From contig JAAPAO010000188.1 of assembly GCA_013115145.1 (NCBI GenBank), positions 1 through 55,840 on the forward strand: 55,840 nucleotides of DNA, in the 5' to 3' direction. Of this stretch, positions 25,640 through 37,918 are shown piece by piece; the stretch's first letter is position 1; each line of letters begins with the position of its first letter. The stretch is from Perkinsus chesapeaki ATCC PRA-425. Lineage: Eukaryota; Protista; Perkinsozoa. Position numbers and translations under genes: made by a program. The notes beneath the pieces were generated by a model. That model was not told the origin of the DNA. It made no database searches and worked only from the letters and a program-made list of their open reading frames with translations.

Positions 25640-26400
25640 TGCTGCTGTCCCCTCCTTTGTGCATGCGTGCACGGGTTATTCATCTGGCTGGTGTTGTCAC
25701 AACACTGTTGTGGGTCCAGATTGATCCCCATCTTGTTAAATTGCTGGTTTCCAAGCAACCTGTTATGTCCCGAAGGACCATCTGATGTATTAAACCTTCG
25801 CCATTCCCTTTATAGCTGTCGAGCCGGTACAAGTATTCGGTACATCACGTTTCAAGATGTTTCAAGGCTCGTGTTGCATATCAGGAACAGTTCAGCAGGA
25901 GAGATTGCAAGTGTGTTACTATTATTATTATTTTCCTCGAGAGAGATCCCTCTTCGATATCCGGTCGTCGAGGTGAGTCTTCTATGTTGAATTCATCCGA
26001 CTTCTTTAATCCAAGCGTGTTTCACCCGAGTCGCTGCGTACATTCCATGTCACTGAAGATGGGACTTTCCTAGCGTGCTTATCTTCTGTCTATATGCCTA
26101 AACTTTGCCCCTGGCCAGCTTCTAGTAGGAGCCTCCTTCTCCTGGAACACTGCTTCTGAAATGCCTCTTGCTCGTACCTGTCTGCCATCGGCTATTCGAT
26201 TATCATTAACGGAGTTGTTCCAGTATTTCTGCTGGTGGGTCGATACACTAGCCTTGAGAGCTTTGACTATTAGTTGGTGTAGACCTTTCTGCAGATGTTG
26301 CGCCTCGTAGTAGAATGATCCTAGGGCTGCGGCAACGAGTGACACAGGACGATTAAGCAGTTTACGGATGGTCTCAAGGAATGCTCTTCTTCAACATTCG
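25640..26400 (-). mobile_element. Possible degenerate non-LTR retroelement C-terminal fragment
   Basis: Intronless, stop-interrupted reading (...HQQKYWNNSVNDNRIADGRQVRARG...HGMYAA) loosely resembles the post-RT region of LINEs. No RT core motif is seen. Confidence 0.25.
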
Positions 26401-26718
26401 AATGAGCGAATTGATGATGATTTACTGGGTGATTTGATTATCTTGTATATAATTATATATCCTACAATAACCGAACCACATCTAACAACAGTTGTGTATG
26501 AATGCTTTTGGGTTGTCCCTTCGTTATTGTAAAGTTCTTGACAACTCTTCACTTTGTGTTGGTCTTTGTTAACTCCTCTGCTGGTGAAACTGCGTCAACT
26601 GACTCATATGGTAAACTTGGTTATCTTGATGAAATAGATATCTGAGCCGCACCCAACAACAGTTTCATACGAGTTCATTTGAGTAGCTCATTTGTTAGTG
26701 TAACGTTGTTGTTTCACT

Positions 26719-28263
26719 ATGGCATATCGCCTCCCTCTTCTTTGGGGCTACCTACTGCTCTACATCACATTAGCCGTCTTCGCCATCCTAGCATACATCC
26801 TTCTTGTGTTTCGCTATAAGTTCATGAAAGAGTCCTCCACAGGAACTGATTCGCAACAAGATTTCTACGTCGCTCGAAAACGCTTTACTTGGTTGTGGAT
26901 TGGAATGTCGTATTTCGCCAGCGGCATGGGGACGTGGGTCGTGTATGCTGCCCCGGAGGTTGGCACATTCCTTGGTTGGTGGGGAGTCATCGGCTACGCT
27001 TTGGCATGTATCTTACCGTTGGCTTTGCTCTTGATCATCGGAGTGAAAATCCGGGAAAATATCGATAAGTTGATCGGTGCCGATAGTGGTTATGCAGCAA
27101 CAGATTGGATACTCGCCAGGTTCGGGCGAGTTCTCCAGGTCTACTCTGTCCTTGTTTCGATCTTCATAATGTGGATCGGCATAGTCGCCGAGTACACTGC
27201 TGTTGGGCAAGTGCTGGAGATGTTCACTGGCATTCCCACGTGGCTCACCAGCCTTTCTGTTGCCGTTGTGACTCTCAGCTACACTTTGGTCTCGGGTCTA
27301 CCGATCTCGATTTTAACTGATATGGCACAGGGCTTGGCCGCCATTGGCCTTATAATATTCGCTGTCATTGCTACTTCATCTCAAGTAACGGTCACCCAAC
27401 CTGACTGGGAAGCAGTAGCGAACTGGAGCACTCTGGGCTTTGAAAGTCTAGTCACACTCATCTTGGCGATTCTGAGCGCGCAATTGTTTGATATGGTCGT
27501 CTGGCAAAGAGTTTGGGCTGCCAGGAATGACACTGACTTAAGATGGGGCTTGCTGTATGGTGGCACGCTGGTCTTTCTCACCATGATGGCCTTTGGTGTG
27601 TTGGGTATGTTGGCAGAAGCTCAAGATCGAGCCCGGGCAGCGCCACATCTCACCATCGACCCGTATACCAAATACTTGGCCTTTTTCGATCTCCTTAGCG
27701 CACTGCCCAACGCTGCTGTCGGTTGTGTTCTGGTGCTTGCTGTTTGCCTCTCTACTTCGAGTGTCGACTCCCAGCAATCCGCTCTTTTATCGGTCTTTGC
27801 CGCCGAGTTCGTTAAACGGAATTGGAGTCTACATTGGGCACGCGTGCTACTGCTCGTCATGAACGTGCCAGCAGTTATCCTAGCAATGCGGCAAATATCC
27901 GTCCTCAATCTTTTCCTCATCGGAGACCTCATCGCGGCAACAGTATGTCTCCCTGTCTACTGTGGCCTTCATCCAAGCATCACTTCTCTTGGGGCCGTCT
28001 CTGGTGTTGTTGCTGCTAACCTGACGGTTCTTGTTTGTGGTTGGAGTTGGTATGGCACTTTCCTCGGAGGTTTCCAGATGTACGCGTTGCCCGCAGGCTT
28101 GTACTCGTCTGCTGCTATGATTGTTTTTATCGTTGTTATGTTGACAAGCCTATTCGTTACTGTCGGCGTTTCCGTCCTACAAATGAGATTCTATCCCTCT
28201 TCCGAAAGCTTCCTTTCTTGGGGTAGGCTCATGGCATGTCGAGTGCAAAGCGAGAGCAAGTAA
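26719..28263 (+). CDS. Sodium:solute symporter (SSS/SLC5-like) family transporter, intronless
   Basis: 514-aa multi-pass membrane ORF with DFYVAR..., MSYFASGMGTWVVYAAPEVG, SGLPISILTDMAQG, WQRVWAA and STSSVDS motifs. Confidence 0.9.
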   Translation: MAYRLPLLWGYLLLYITLAVFAILAYILLVFRYKFMKESSTGTDSQQDFYVARKRFTWLWIGMSYFASGMGTWVVYAAPEVGTFLGWWGVIGYALACILPLALLLIIGVKIRENIDKLIGADSGYAATDWILARFGRVLQVYSVLVSIFIMWIGIVAEYTAVGQVLEMFTGIPTWLTSLSVAVVTLSYTLVSGLPISILTDMAQGLAAIGLIIFAVIATSSQVTVTQPDWEAVANWSTLGFESLVTLILAILSAQLFDMVVWQRVWAARNDTDLRWGLLYGGTLVFLTMMAFGVLGMLAEAQDRARAAPHLTIDPYTKYLAFFDLLSALPNAAVGCVLVLAVCLSTSSVDSQQSALLSVFAAEFVKRNWSLHWARVLLLVMNVPAVILAMRQISVLNLFLIGDLIAATVCLPVYCGLHPSITSLGAVSGVVAANLTVLVCGWSWYGTFLGGFQMYALPAGLYSSAAMIVFIVVMLTSLFVTVGVSVLQMRFYPSSESFLSWGRLMACRVQSESK

Positions 28264-28345
28264 CTTTGTTATTTAATATTCCACAATTTCTTTTCATTCT
28301 TTCTCGTGTTTTGGCTCCGGGTTATTCTTCTCCTCAGCATTTGTC

Positions 28346-29929
28346 ATGTCGAAAGATGCCCTAGGTTTCAGCATTGACAATGCGACAGTCTATGCTCTTT
28401 TAATCCCGGTATTTTTCTCATTCGTAACTGCTGCGACCGTCTATGCTATGATGAAACGGTTCAGGAGCTCCTCAAACGCCTTGGACTTCGCTGATGACTA
28501 TTACACGGCTCGAGGTCGATTCTCTGGTCTTACAATTGGTCTGTCTTTCTTCGCCAGCAGTATGGGGTCTTGGGTCGTATTTGCCGTCCCTGAGGCTACG
28601 GCCACTATCGGTTGGTTCGGTCTTATTGGCTACTCCTCCTCATCTGTAGCTGTGTTAATAATATTCATGTTTCTAGGCGTGGAAGTGCGTACTAGAATGA
28701 AGGAGTACGCATCTGCTGGTTATACTTCTCATGAAGGCTTCGCTTTAACTGACTGGGTGTTGGCTAGATATGGCCATGGTATGCAGTATATAACAGCGAT
28801 AGCTTGTCTATTTTATCTCTGGTGTCTTATGACTGCCGAGTATACAGCTTTCGGTTATCTGATAAGCTTGCTTTGTACCATTCCAGTATGGATCGCACAA
28901 TTACTATTATGTCTAACAACAGTCCTTTGTACCCTAATAGCTGGAGTTGCCGCTTCTGTTGTTACCGATGTTGTACAAGGATTCTGTATTGTAATTCTCA
29001 CCGTTGTCGCCATTTGTATGATTGCCACACAAGTCAGTATCGTCTCTGATGATTGGCAGTCAGTGGCCAACTTCGATTCAACTAATATTGTAGCTGGAGG
29101 TTCACTATTTTTATCTGTTATTAATGCCGAACTGTTGAACATGATATCTTGGCAACGAGTCTGGGCTGCAAAGAACCCCAAGCAACTTCGCTTGGGTTTG
29201 GTCCTCGCCGCTGTCCTGACTTTTGTAGTCATCTTCGCATTCGGTCTTATTGGGATGCTGGCAGCTGCGGAAGACCGAGGGCGTGTTGAACCACTACTGG
29301 AGAATAAGTCGCTGGCATTCTTAGTGTTGTTGCGCTCCCTGCCAACCGCGGCTGTTATCACGGCGATCTTGTTGACGATATTATTCACCACGTCTACGGT
29401 GGACTCTGCTCAAGTTGCCGTTATGACGCTGGCGGCTTCTGAGCTTCTGAAATTTGGTAAAAGCTCTAAGTGGGCGCCAATCATTCTGATACCGTTAAAC
29501 GTGTCGGCGCTACTTGCTACTATGTTAAATGTATCAATATTGGACTTGTACTTGATAGCAGATTTGGTACTGACTACTGTATGCCCCTCGTTAATGCTTG
29601 GTCTTGATCCGTCCATGACGCCATTGGGCGCCTTGCTCGGTGTAATAGCAAGCAACTTATCTATTATGGTATTCGGGTGGTGCAGTTTTGGTACGTTCTT
29701 GGGTGGCTTCAAGATGTACCTTATCCCCGGTGACTTTTACTCTGTACAGACTGTGCTTCTGTTTCTTATAGCTATGTCTGTTGGGGCTTTTGTGACCCTA
29801 GTTGCATCTCTAGTGCAAAGGGGCTATTATTTATCTTCTGTCGGCGTTCTTGGCCAAGGTTCCTTTACAGAACGCTTGGTCTCCGCTCATGTGGAGAACT
29901 CCCAGTACAGAGCACCGTTCAGTATATAG
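28346..29929 (+). CDS. Sodium:solute symporter family transporter, tandem paralog, intronless
   Basis: 527-aa ORF with matching motifs (DDYYTAR, LSFFASSMGSWVVFAVPE, AGVAASVVTDVVQG, WQRVWAA, TTSTVDS). Confidence 0.9.
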   Translation: MSKDALGFSIDNATVYALLIPVFFSFVTAATVYAMMKRFRSSSNALDFADDYYTARGRFSGLTIGLSFFASSMGSWVVFAVPEATATIGWFGLIGYSSSSVAVLIIFMFLGVEVRTRMKEYASAGYTSHEGFALTDWVLARYGHGMQYITAIACLFYLWCLMTAEYTAFGYLISLLCTIPVWIAQLLLCLTTVLCTLIAGVAASVVTDVVQGFCIVILTVVAICMIATQVSIVSDDWQSVANFDSTNIVAGGSLFLSVINAELLNMISWQRVWAAKNPKQLRLGLVLAAVLTFVVIFAFGLIGMLAAAEDRGRVEPLLENKSLAFLVLLRSLPTAAVITAILLTILFTTSTVDSAQVAVMTLAASELLKFGKSSKWAPIILIPLNVSALLATMLNVSILDLYLIADLVLTTVCPSLMLGLDPSMTPLGALLGVIASNLSIMVFGWCSFGTFLGGFKMYLIPGDFYSVQTVLLFLIAMSVGAFVTLVASLVQRGYYLSSVGVLGQGSFTERLVSAHVENSQYRAPFSI

Positions 29930-30339
29930 GGTTTCTATAGACTTATTGTATCTTACACTAGATTATGTGACCCTTTTCGCTGCTAATAGCAGCTTGTGAG
30001 AGCTTTCGCGGCCCTCTTCAGAGTTATTTCGGGAAGCTTATCAAGTCTTTGACACGTGCAATGTCTACTCGTACTTGGTTTACCAAAGTCAATGTTGGGT
30101 TGAAGATTTAGTGTTTATAAAGCCATACCCGACGGACTCTCATTGTCTGAACTCAAGGCACGACAGTGGGAGCAGTAGACACGCATAATGCACACCCGGT
30201 GAATCGCAAACTAACTAGTGTACACCTTTTCAACGCCTATTTCGACAATAGTAACTTCTATTTCGACAGGCGAGCGAAATTTATGTTAAGATTCTCGTTT
30301 AGTAATTTCAATGTACCATGGGAGGTGCTTCACTAACTT

Positions 30340-30420
30340 CAATTTCGCTACACTTGTCTAGGAAATACAATTTCGCAACTTTAGTGAAAACAATTTCGCA
30401 TGTAGGAAATTCAATTTCGA
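30340..30420. repeat. Short spaced array of (TAGGAAAT)xCAATTTCG motifs
   Basis: CAATTTCG at 30340, 30368, 30391 and 30412. The last three are preceded by TAGGAAATA, TAGTGAAAA and TAGGAAATT. Confidence 0.6.
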
Positions 30421-30798
30421 CGCATACTCCCAAACTCGATCTCTCATCACATCATACATCATATCTCACATCTCACATCTCTGATCGATTCTTGAGCACC
30501 TATTGACATTCCTTACGAATCTAACGTTCAAGTGCGCTCCAGGGATCTTAAGCTTGAGAAGGAATGTGCCAACCGGAACATGAACTTTGAGAGAATTTCG
30601 GGCCCCCATTCAGTTCATCACTGTTGGCAAGGAGTTTGGCAGCCTAACTCCCTCTCTGGAGCCTCTTGCGGTATAGTTAGTTGATAACTAATAGTTATTA
30701 TCAATACCACTCATTGCTTCAACTCAGCTTAGTTGTTTCTCTACCCTCAAAAACCACGAACTGCTAGGAACAATTTGTGCTCAGTATTACTCTCTCAA

Positions 30799-33050
30799 AT
30801 GGACACTGACAAAGTTACGCTAAGTTCGGAGCAACCTTGCCTTCGCGATGCCGAGGCTGTGCCAAGTTCACTGAACCAGAACACAAACGATTGTCCCGAT
30901 AATTCGGCTGACTTCAACGAGTTGGTCGAAGAAATCGACGGGCTGATCAGAGAACGACAGATGAAGTTCCTAGGCGATAAAGCAATGAACGCGTCAGGGA
31001 AGAATGCAGGCATCGATCTTAACGACCTGAAATTCCCAGACCAAGTGGAAGTCTACTTGGCACCGGATGTTTATAACTATTTCCGCATCCGCATTCCTAC
31101 ATCTGCAACTTGTTCACAGTTCGGCTACGGCTTGAGGTTGAGGGTGGGAATACGGTGCCATGCAAAAGATACTCGGGTTTGGGCCTATGGGAGCCACATA
31201 AGCTATAAACCCTCCGCGAAGAACAACTGCTGTTCCATAGAAGATAAAGAGCTCGGTGTGCTGACTTGGGTAGAGTCCAATAGTAACATCAGTGAAGCCG
31301 ATGAAGATGAGACAACTTTCACAGTAGCTGTTACTCTGAAGAGACGCGAATCTCCAAACGAGAAAGAGTTCGGCAATGAAAACCGGCGAAAAGTAGTTCT
31401 CATCACGCAGGCCGATAAGATCCATTTGGGACTGGAGTGGCGGAGCAGTCGAATCACGCATGGAACCGAGCTAGTTAAAGACAAGGAGGCAAGGTGGAAG
31501 CGCGGTCCCAAAATATTTGCCCAGAGCAGGTCGAGGAACGCGTCGCGAGGATTGTAGCTGCCAAGAAGGAGCGGCAACGGAAGGCCAGTCGAGCCAGTGG
31601 CGATAAAGTGAAAGAGAACGCTAAAAGGTGTTCGGCCCAAGATCCGATTGCACGATGGATGGCGCAATGCGAACGAACCATTAGAAGGGAAATGAGGTGA
31701 ATTCGTTACGTAGGGCTGAGATGTATAATCTCTCGGAAATCTCGGCTTACGTTTCGGTTCGAGTGATATGATGCCTGGCATTATGTTCAGTCATTCTGTT
31801 TGGCTTGTATCATACTGAGTGCAGGTGTAGGAGTAAGAGTGGGTTAGGACTCCTATCTCCTAAATCAGGGGATAGCAGCCTCCTTGCATTTAGACATTAC
31901 ACGACCGCCGAGAGACGCAAACTCCTACTGAAGAGTAAAGAGGATGAAAGAAACCAACGATTAGAACGAAAGGCTGCTCGACATCCTGGCATAGCAGAAA
32001 TAGGTGGGCTCTCGTCGTGACGGAAGCGACACCGCGAATGTTGATAGAGTAGGGCGGCCTCTTTTAGTAGCAAGCGCCTCGACAGGTATGGATCAGTTGC
32101 TGAAAGCCAGGCGGCCTCTCACACAAAACTCTTATGACAAAGTGACCCTGAAATTCACTGCGGTACACAAGGCGTTAATGACTTTGTATGCGATCGTGGG
32201 CATGGTCGAAATGCATGCTCTATTAAAACGTGAAAATAAAAGGAAAAAACAGGAGGCTATACGAGAGTGCGCCGCAAAGAAGATCCAGGCATCATATAGA
32301 CGATTGGTACATGACAGGAGAGTTGAAGCGCTGCGGACCAACGTAGTGCGGCTCAAAGTAGCTGTTAGAGCATTTGCGAGGATCGGGCGGCTTAAGGATG
32401 AGATTGAACATGCCAAACGTTTGAGAACATTTTTAATCGGAAGTCTGGCAAAGGACGGTGACACGGGGCCTGAGCGAAGGGAGATCAGGAAGGCGATTCG
32501 GATGTACTTGTCGAAAGTAAGGCGCAGAAAACAAGAACGTCGACCCATATATTTCCGATCAAATATTTACGGTACATGTGAGCCAGGCGTAGAGGATCAT
32601 AGTGTTATCTGGAAAGGAATCGAGAAAAGTCTATCAGGAATTTTCTTGGAGTAGAAGGCTTTCACCTTCTGTATGTCCCCAACAGTTGTGGCAATTTCAT
32701 GATAGTACACCCTATTATAGTAGATTTCGTACTTCATTGGTATAGGAATCTTCATTTTAGCTGTGGGAGCCTTCCTGTAGCCCTCGTATTCTAGAACAAA
32801 GCGCACCCTTCAGATCAAACTAGTACAGAGGCGATGGCGTGCAACGTTGCAGACACGAAAAGCAAGAGTAGAGATTCTACGATGGAGGGTGGAACGGATG
32901 GCTGCAAAGGGAACTGAGAATCAGGAAAAGTCACTTCAGGTGGGGAAATATATTACACACGTCATGCTTATTAGTATCAGATCGCTCCACAAGGCCGAAG
33001 AAGGGTGTCATCGTCAATGTTCGAATCTGTTATCGACATCCCTGTTGTGA
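30799..33050 (+). CDS. Multi-exon hypothetical protein with IQ-like motif and coiled-coil region
   Basis: Long first exon from MDTDKVTL, followed by further exons (VEARSQ..., DSSLLAFRHY..., CAAKKIQASYRRLV = IQ-like). The 3' end is approximate. Confidence 0.6.
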
Positions 33051-33599
33051 GGAGAACGATCAGGGTAGACGTCATGGAAGGGTAAGTATTGAGGATGCTT
33101 TGCTGCGATCACTTGCGGTCTCTGATTGACGAGGAAGGTGCCGCGGCAACTGGAGTAAAATTTACTCAGTAAATCACCATAGCGGTATCCGTGTACGTAA
33201 TGCTCCATTAGACTAACTTAGTGGGCAGCAGCAAGTCATGATTGAGTTACCAACTAATCTGGATTTTATACAACTTCTATGCTTCAACAAAACCTTGCTC
33301 AACACCCTGTAAAGACTTTTGTATAAGACGAATCTTTATAGACCCCCGATCACGTCATCCGCGCTCCGGCAATTTGAGACTGCCATTCTCTTAGCCTTCC
33401 GACGTCATTTTGTGGGAGTCTGGTCAACGAAGCCTATCTGTTATGAACACGCTTCGCCAACAGTCTCATTTTTTGCCGATCTTCGTGTCAATTTTTCGGC
33501 AATCTCTGTGGCGCTTCCAGATCTCAATATCGGATCAATGTACGGAGCCACGGGCTGAGGTCCATAGAATTAATGCCCACTAAGTTCCTTAGGGCACAT

Positions 33600-35100
33600 C
33601 CCTCTCGGAGCATCAAGGAAATAATAGAGTCGTCACCTTTGCTAATAACGCGGTATGTACTCTACAAATACGTGGTAGCTCTACAGAAGATGGAAATAAA
33701 GGATGCACGATCGTCGATGAGGTAACGAGTAGTGATATGCCACATGACGTGAATCAGCGATTCAGAATCGACATATGCTTTTAGGCGCCGAATGATGTCT
33801 CAAAGGGGCCACGAAATGGACTGGACAGTTGCAGGCAAGTGTGCTATGTTTTAGCGTAGAGAGTCTACATGCTGGGGGGCGGGGCTCGTTCTCTCTGGCG
33901 GCCACGCAGAGACTGAAAGAGTGGTTAGTACGGAAGGCTGTGTATGAAGGTCACAGTGAAACTCGTCTCTCGGTATGGCATATATCGAAGCTCAATCTAA
34001 ACGGAACTCGTGCATCCATTGAGCAGCCTGTTCATCCTCGCTGTTCGTCCCCATTCCTCCGGGTGTTTCAAAGAGTTATCCCGAGCACGGTGGCGTCTAT
34101 CACCCAATCTACTTGCACTATATAGTCTATGTCACCCGGGCGTCACTAACGCGATAAACCTACCTACACTGGACGTTGAGTCTTACATGCTCCCTGTAAA
34201 GATATGCTTTCCGTATAGGTGCTCCATTTGATATAACCACCTCACCCTCTGAAATTGTTAATTACGACTCTGCCAGTGATGTTCGAAGCGAAGTAAGAAA
34301 GTACCACGATGCGTTGAATGAGTCCAGCACACCACGCAAATGGTGCAATAATCCTCGACACGGTCGGGCTGTCGTTATGCCATATCACTTATACCGCTAA
34401 AGCCGGGAAAATTGCCGGTCCCTAGTTTCGACCCGGAGCTTCAAGGTATAGCTCGACACCTAAAGGTTTCTTCTACATAGTTGAAAGCCGTAGCTTACAT
34501 CATTTCATCCGAATGATATTGTCTCGATAAACTTTAATAAGATTCCCCTCAGGCATGGATGAAGTTCCTACGCGGCGAACAAGACTTTTCGGATACCCTT
34601 GTTTCACTCCTTACCTTCTACAAAAATGGAAAATTATCTAGTAAGTTCCACAAGCACAAGTGAGCAGCTCTCACAGTCCGTGAGCAATTATGAGGGTGGA
34701 GGCTATCGCCCGGAGGTTCCTTTTAGATGCTCATGAAGGCCACTGCCTCGCGAATATCCTTCGAGTTGACGACTCGGAGCTAAAATGGCTAATGGAGCTT
34801 CAGGATTTCGCCATGCAGTCCCGGACATTCAAGGTCGGATGGTGTGTGCAATAAATCTACGCCCAACAGTATGACTTGAAGTTCGCTCGCTGAGCCTGCT
34901 TAACTCGACCATGACGTTTTTATGACGCTCGACCCAGTCATTGTCTAGCTGCTCAATATCTCAGGATATGACTCATCGTTATATCTACACTTGCCGGAAA
35001 GTTGTACTGAAATGGAGGAGTATGGCTCGCTCCCGACAGAGAGTACCGAACCAAAACCGTCAACGAGCAACTAGAACTGCAGAATTGAGAATGAAGGTCT
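33600..35100 (+). mobile_element. Possible decayed Ty3/gypsy pol remnant
   Basis: Stop/frameshift-riddled segments resemble RNase H (LAATQRLKEWLVRKAVYEGHS) and the integrase Zn-binding region (RRFLLDAHEGH). Similarity was judged by eye only. Confidence 0.3.
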
Positions 35101-35584
35101 TCCATAGCACTTTATTGTAGTGTTCACTTCCGTGTTGTGTAATACTCAATTTTAAGGTGAGTCGGGACACCCTGGAACGCGTGACTACCCAGCAACGAGC
35201 GATACAGGAACAGCAGAAGTTTGGCCAAAAAGAAGGAACGTTCTTCGTGTTTCATTTCGGTTGAATAACACTTGTGATCCCTGTTCTGCTACTCAGCAGA
35301 CCTACTAGGCCAGTAGCACTAAGTGACGCTAGCTCAACTGCATAGTGTCAGCTCATCGTCAGCTCAGCCTCGCGCCCTCGTATCCACAAGGGGTCCTAAA
35401 TTGTATGCCTTGTACTGTCACAGTACTACTGTGTGACTACAACTCAGTTGATAAATTAGTGGAAAATATCTGAAGCGACCTGTGACAAAAGTAATAATAG
35501 TTGATGATAGTTGCTGTATCATACAGCCTGTATGTGATAAGGTAACTAATAGAGGTGAGAAATGCCGCAATGGCTGAAACATCT

Positions 35585-36326
35585 TTACACAGGACAAGTC
35601 GGTACATGATTGCAAACTTCTTTTTTTGCAAGGTGGTATTGTTCCCCATTCCCCAATGATAGGATCATATAAGGTTCCTTCCAGTCTTCACGGTGAGTAA
35701 TGGTCCAAGGGGCGTACATATATGGGAATTTATCCTTGCTCCAACCGTCGGCCACGATAGTCTTGTCGCTCGCGAGCGTCGCGTTACAGAAGGAAACCTT
35801 GAAGACTTCGACCGTTCTCGGGCCAGTACGAAGATAAGAGAGCATACGGGCATCAAATTGGCCATCACTGTACATTGTCACATGAACTCGAAAACCGATA
35901 TCATCATTTGAGTAACAATATAATACGCTCCGGAGGAACGGCTTCGGGGAACGAAGCGCGCAGGGGAGGATGGGAGCCCAGTACCTCTGTGAAAACGTGT
36001 GGCTTCTGAGGGTGATGCTGAAGAAGTACGGCATCCTTCTTCTTTGTTTTATACGTGAGATTGAAACCTGGATCGATGTAGGGGAAGTAGTTGATGAAGT
36101 CAGAGCGGTTCATGATAATGTCGAGACCATGGGTCTTGTATTCGGCGAATGGTAGCGAATAGAACATGTTTTTGGTCCGGAGCACTAGCTTCAAAGTGTC
36201 GGGGTGATAGTCGAAGGTCATGGCCGAATGTATCTCTCCATCATAGGCGTAGAGGTACTGCTTGCGCTGCTTCTCGATCTCCTGGCCAGCGGCGAGGACC
36301 AGCAAAAGAGTGCACGATGACAACAT
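35585..36326 (-). CDS. Secreted two-domain protein of a lineage-specific multigene family, one 43-nt intron (35942-35984)
   Basis: Signal-peptide-like MLSSCTLLLVLAAGQ. Splicing GTACTG...CCCGAAG joins KPHVFTE to PFLRSVLYCYSND in frame. The LTY-KKDAVLL motif resembles LTY-AKDEVLL in 45144-45905. Confidence 0.65.
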
Positions 36327-37918
36327 TACCACAAGTGTTATTAAAGCCTGCTTTGGAGTGTTAGCTTTGGAGGGATCCTTACTCAGCCTGAGTTCGCGTA
36401 CCGCGTCGCCTTCTTCCTGTGATAACCACACAATGAGCAATGTCCATATTCACTCATCTGTCGTGAACCTATTGTTGTATGTTTCAAGCTTATAAGAAAT
36501 TGTCATGAAGCTGCACTAAGCATTTGTGTGGTTGTTTAATGGCTGCTAAGTTGTTTCTGATAATCTGATCCTTCTTTTAACACAACCTTGAAGCTTCACG
36601 CACATGCTCACCCTGCACGTCCGACATGAGCTGTGCCACCGTGTGGCAAGGCGTACGCGAGTCGATGTGCACTTGTACATTAACTCGGTTCCGGCGAACA
36701 AGCCCGTAAAGAGTCTGCCTTATGGGCATGCACATCCGCTTGCGTTTATAGGCTTTGTGTTATTCTATTTTCACGAGAAACGAACAACTTAAGGCTCACG
36801 CACTGCGTCGCATGATACGTATCCCTTAAAGGTTCAGAGCCGAGCTCTTCGTCGGCGCGAGATATTCTTAGCAATCGCAGCTTAAAATGCACGCAAAGAC
36901 TCCCACTTTGTAAGAAAGAATATTAAGGAGGTTCATTAAGGCTACGCCAGGTACGTCGGTCAGAAACATCCACTACTAAATGACATGGGATTCTCAACTG
37001 AGAATAGCCCCAGCCAGGCGGACTATGCTTGGTGGACTAACCTAACAGAACCAGTCACCAGCGTTTCGCTGGCAACTTACGTTTTTGAAGCTGTGACTGC
37101 TAAAGATATGTTGCGCAGCGTATACAGTACTGAAGCTCCGAATTCAAAGAAAGGCTCTCTGGGGTTCGAACCCGCGCCGAAAATATCACATGGATAATGA
37201 GATTTTGGTTTATCGCTCTCCTCGTTTCACTAAAACGCCTCTTAAGTTCAAGCAAAAGAATCAACCCGGTGAGTCACCGGCGGTGACCCTCGACTACCAG
37301 TAACTGACATTTTCTTTCACAATTTCCTAACCATCAGTTACTCGTTGTTCTCGAAGCGGTCCTCGTTGTACCATAATTTGACAATAGTATTAATCGCCTC
37401 TCTCAACACTAATCCCTATTAAACTGACAAATGTGTCCATAATCTGGACATGTGTTAACCATCACAAACTTAACAGATCAAGTGAGGCTCGAATTTACAC
37501 TCAATCATAACATTATCATCGATATTCAGTTATTTACATATAACGATCTTGATTGAATTCATATCAATACTCGGCGGTCTCAATCTTCTAAGTCCTCCGA
37601 ATGATTCTGTAGCCTTGGTGTTCTCTGTGGTATCTATTTTATAATGTGCATTATGTCCCTCTGTGGGGCAACTTCGGAAGTCTCTTGCCGGTCTTCCGAC
37701 TCTCTTCGCTTAGGACGCAATGTGGCTGACCACTTGCATTTTGCTATCGACGCTTTGCTGTGCTATGCTACGCTTTGCTATTTTGCTATGGGCGAGCTAG
37801 TTCTGCTCGATATCGACGCTCTTCCATAGGAGGTTGTATCTGCGCTTCAAAGATCGTACCCCTCAGTAATGGTTCAATCGACCTGGTTAAGTATCTTTAC
37901 ACTCAGTTGTCGTTACTA

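Noticed and set aside
31203-32548. Antisense ORFs 31203-31781 and 32132-32548
   Set aside because: They overlap the better-supported plus-strand IQ-motif gene.
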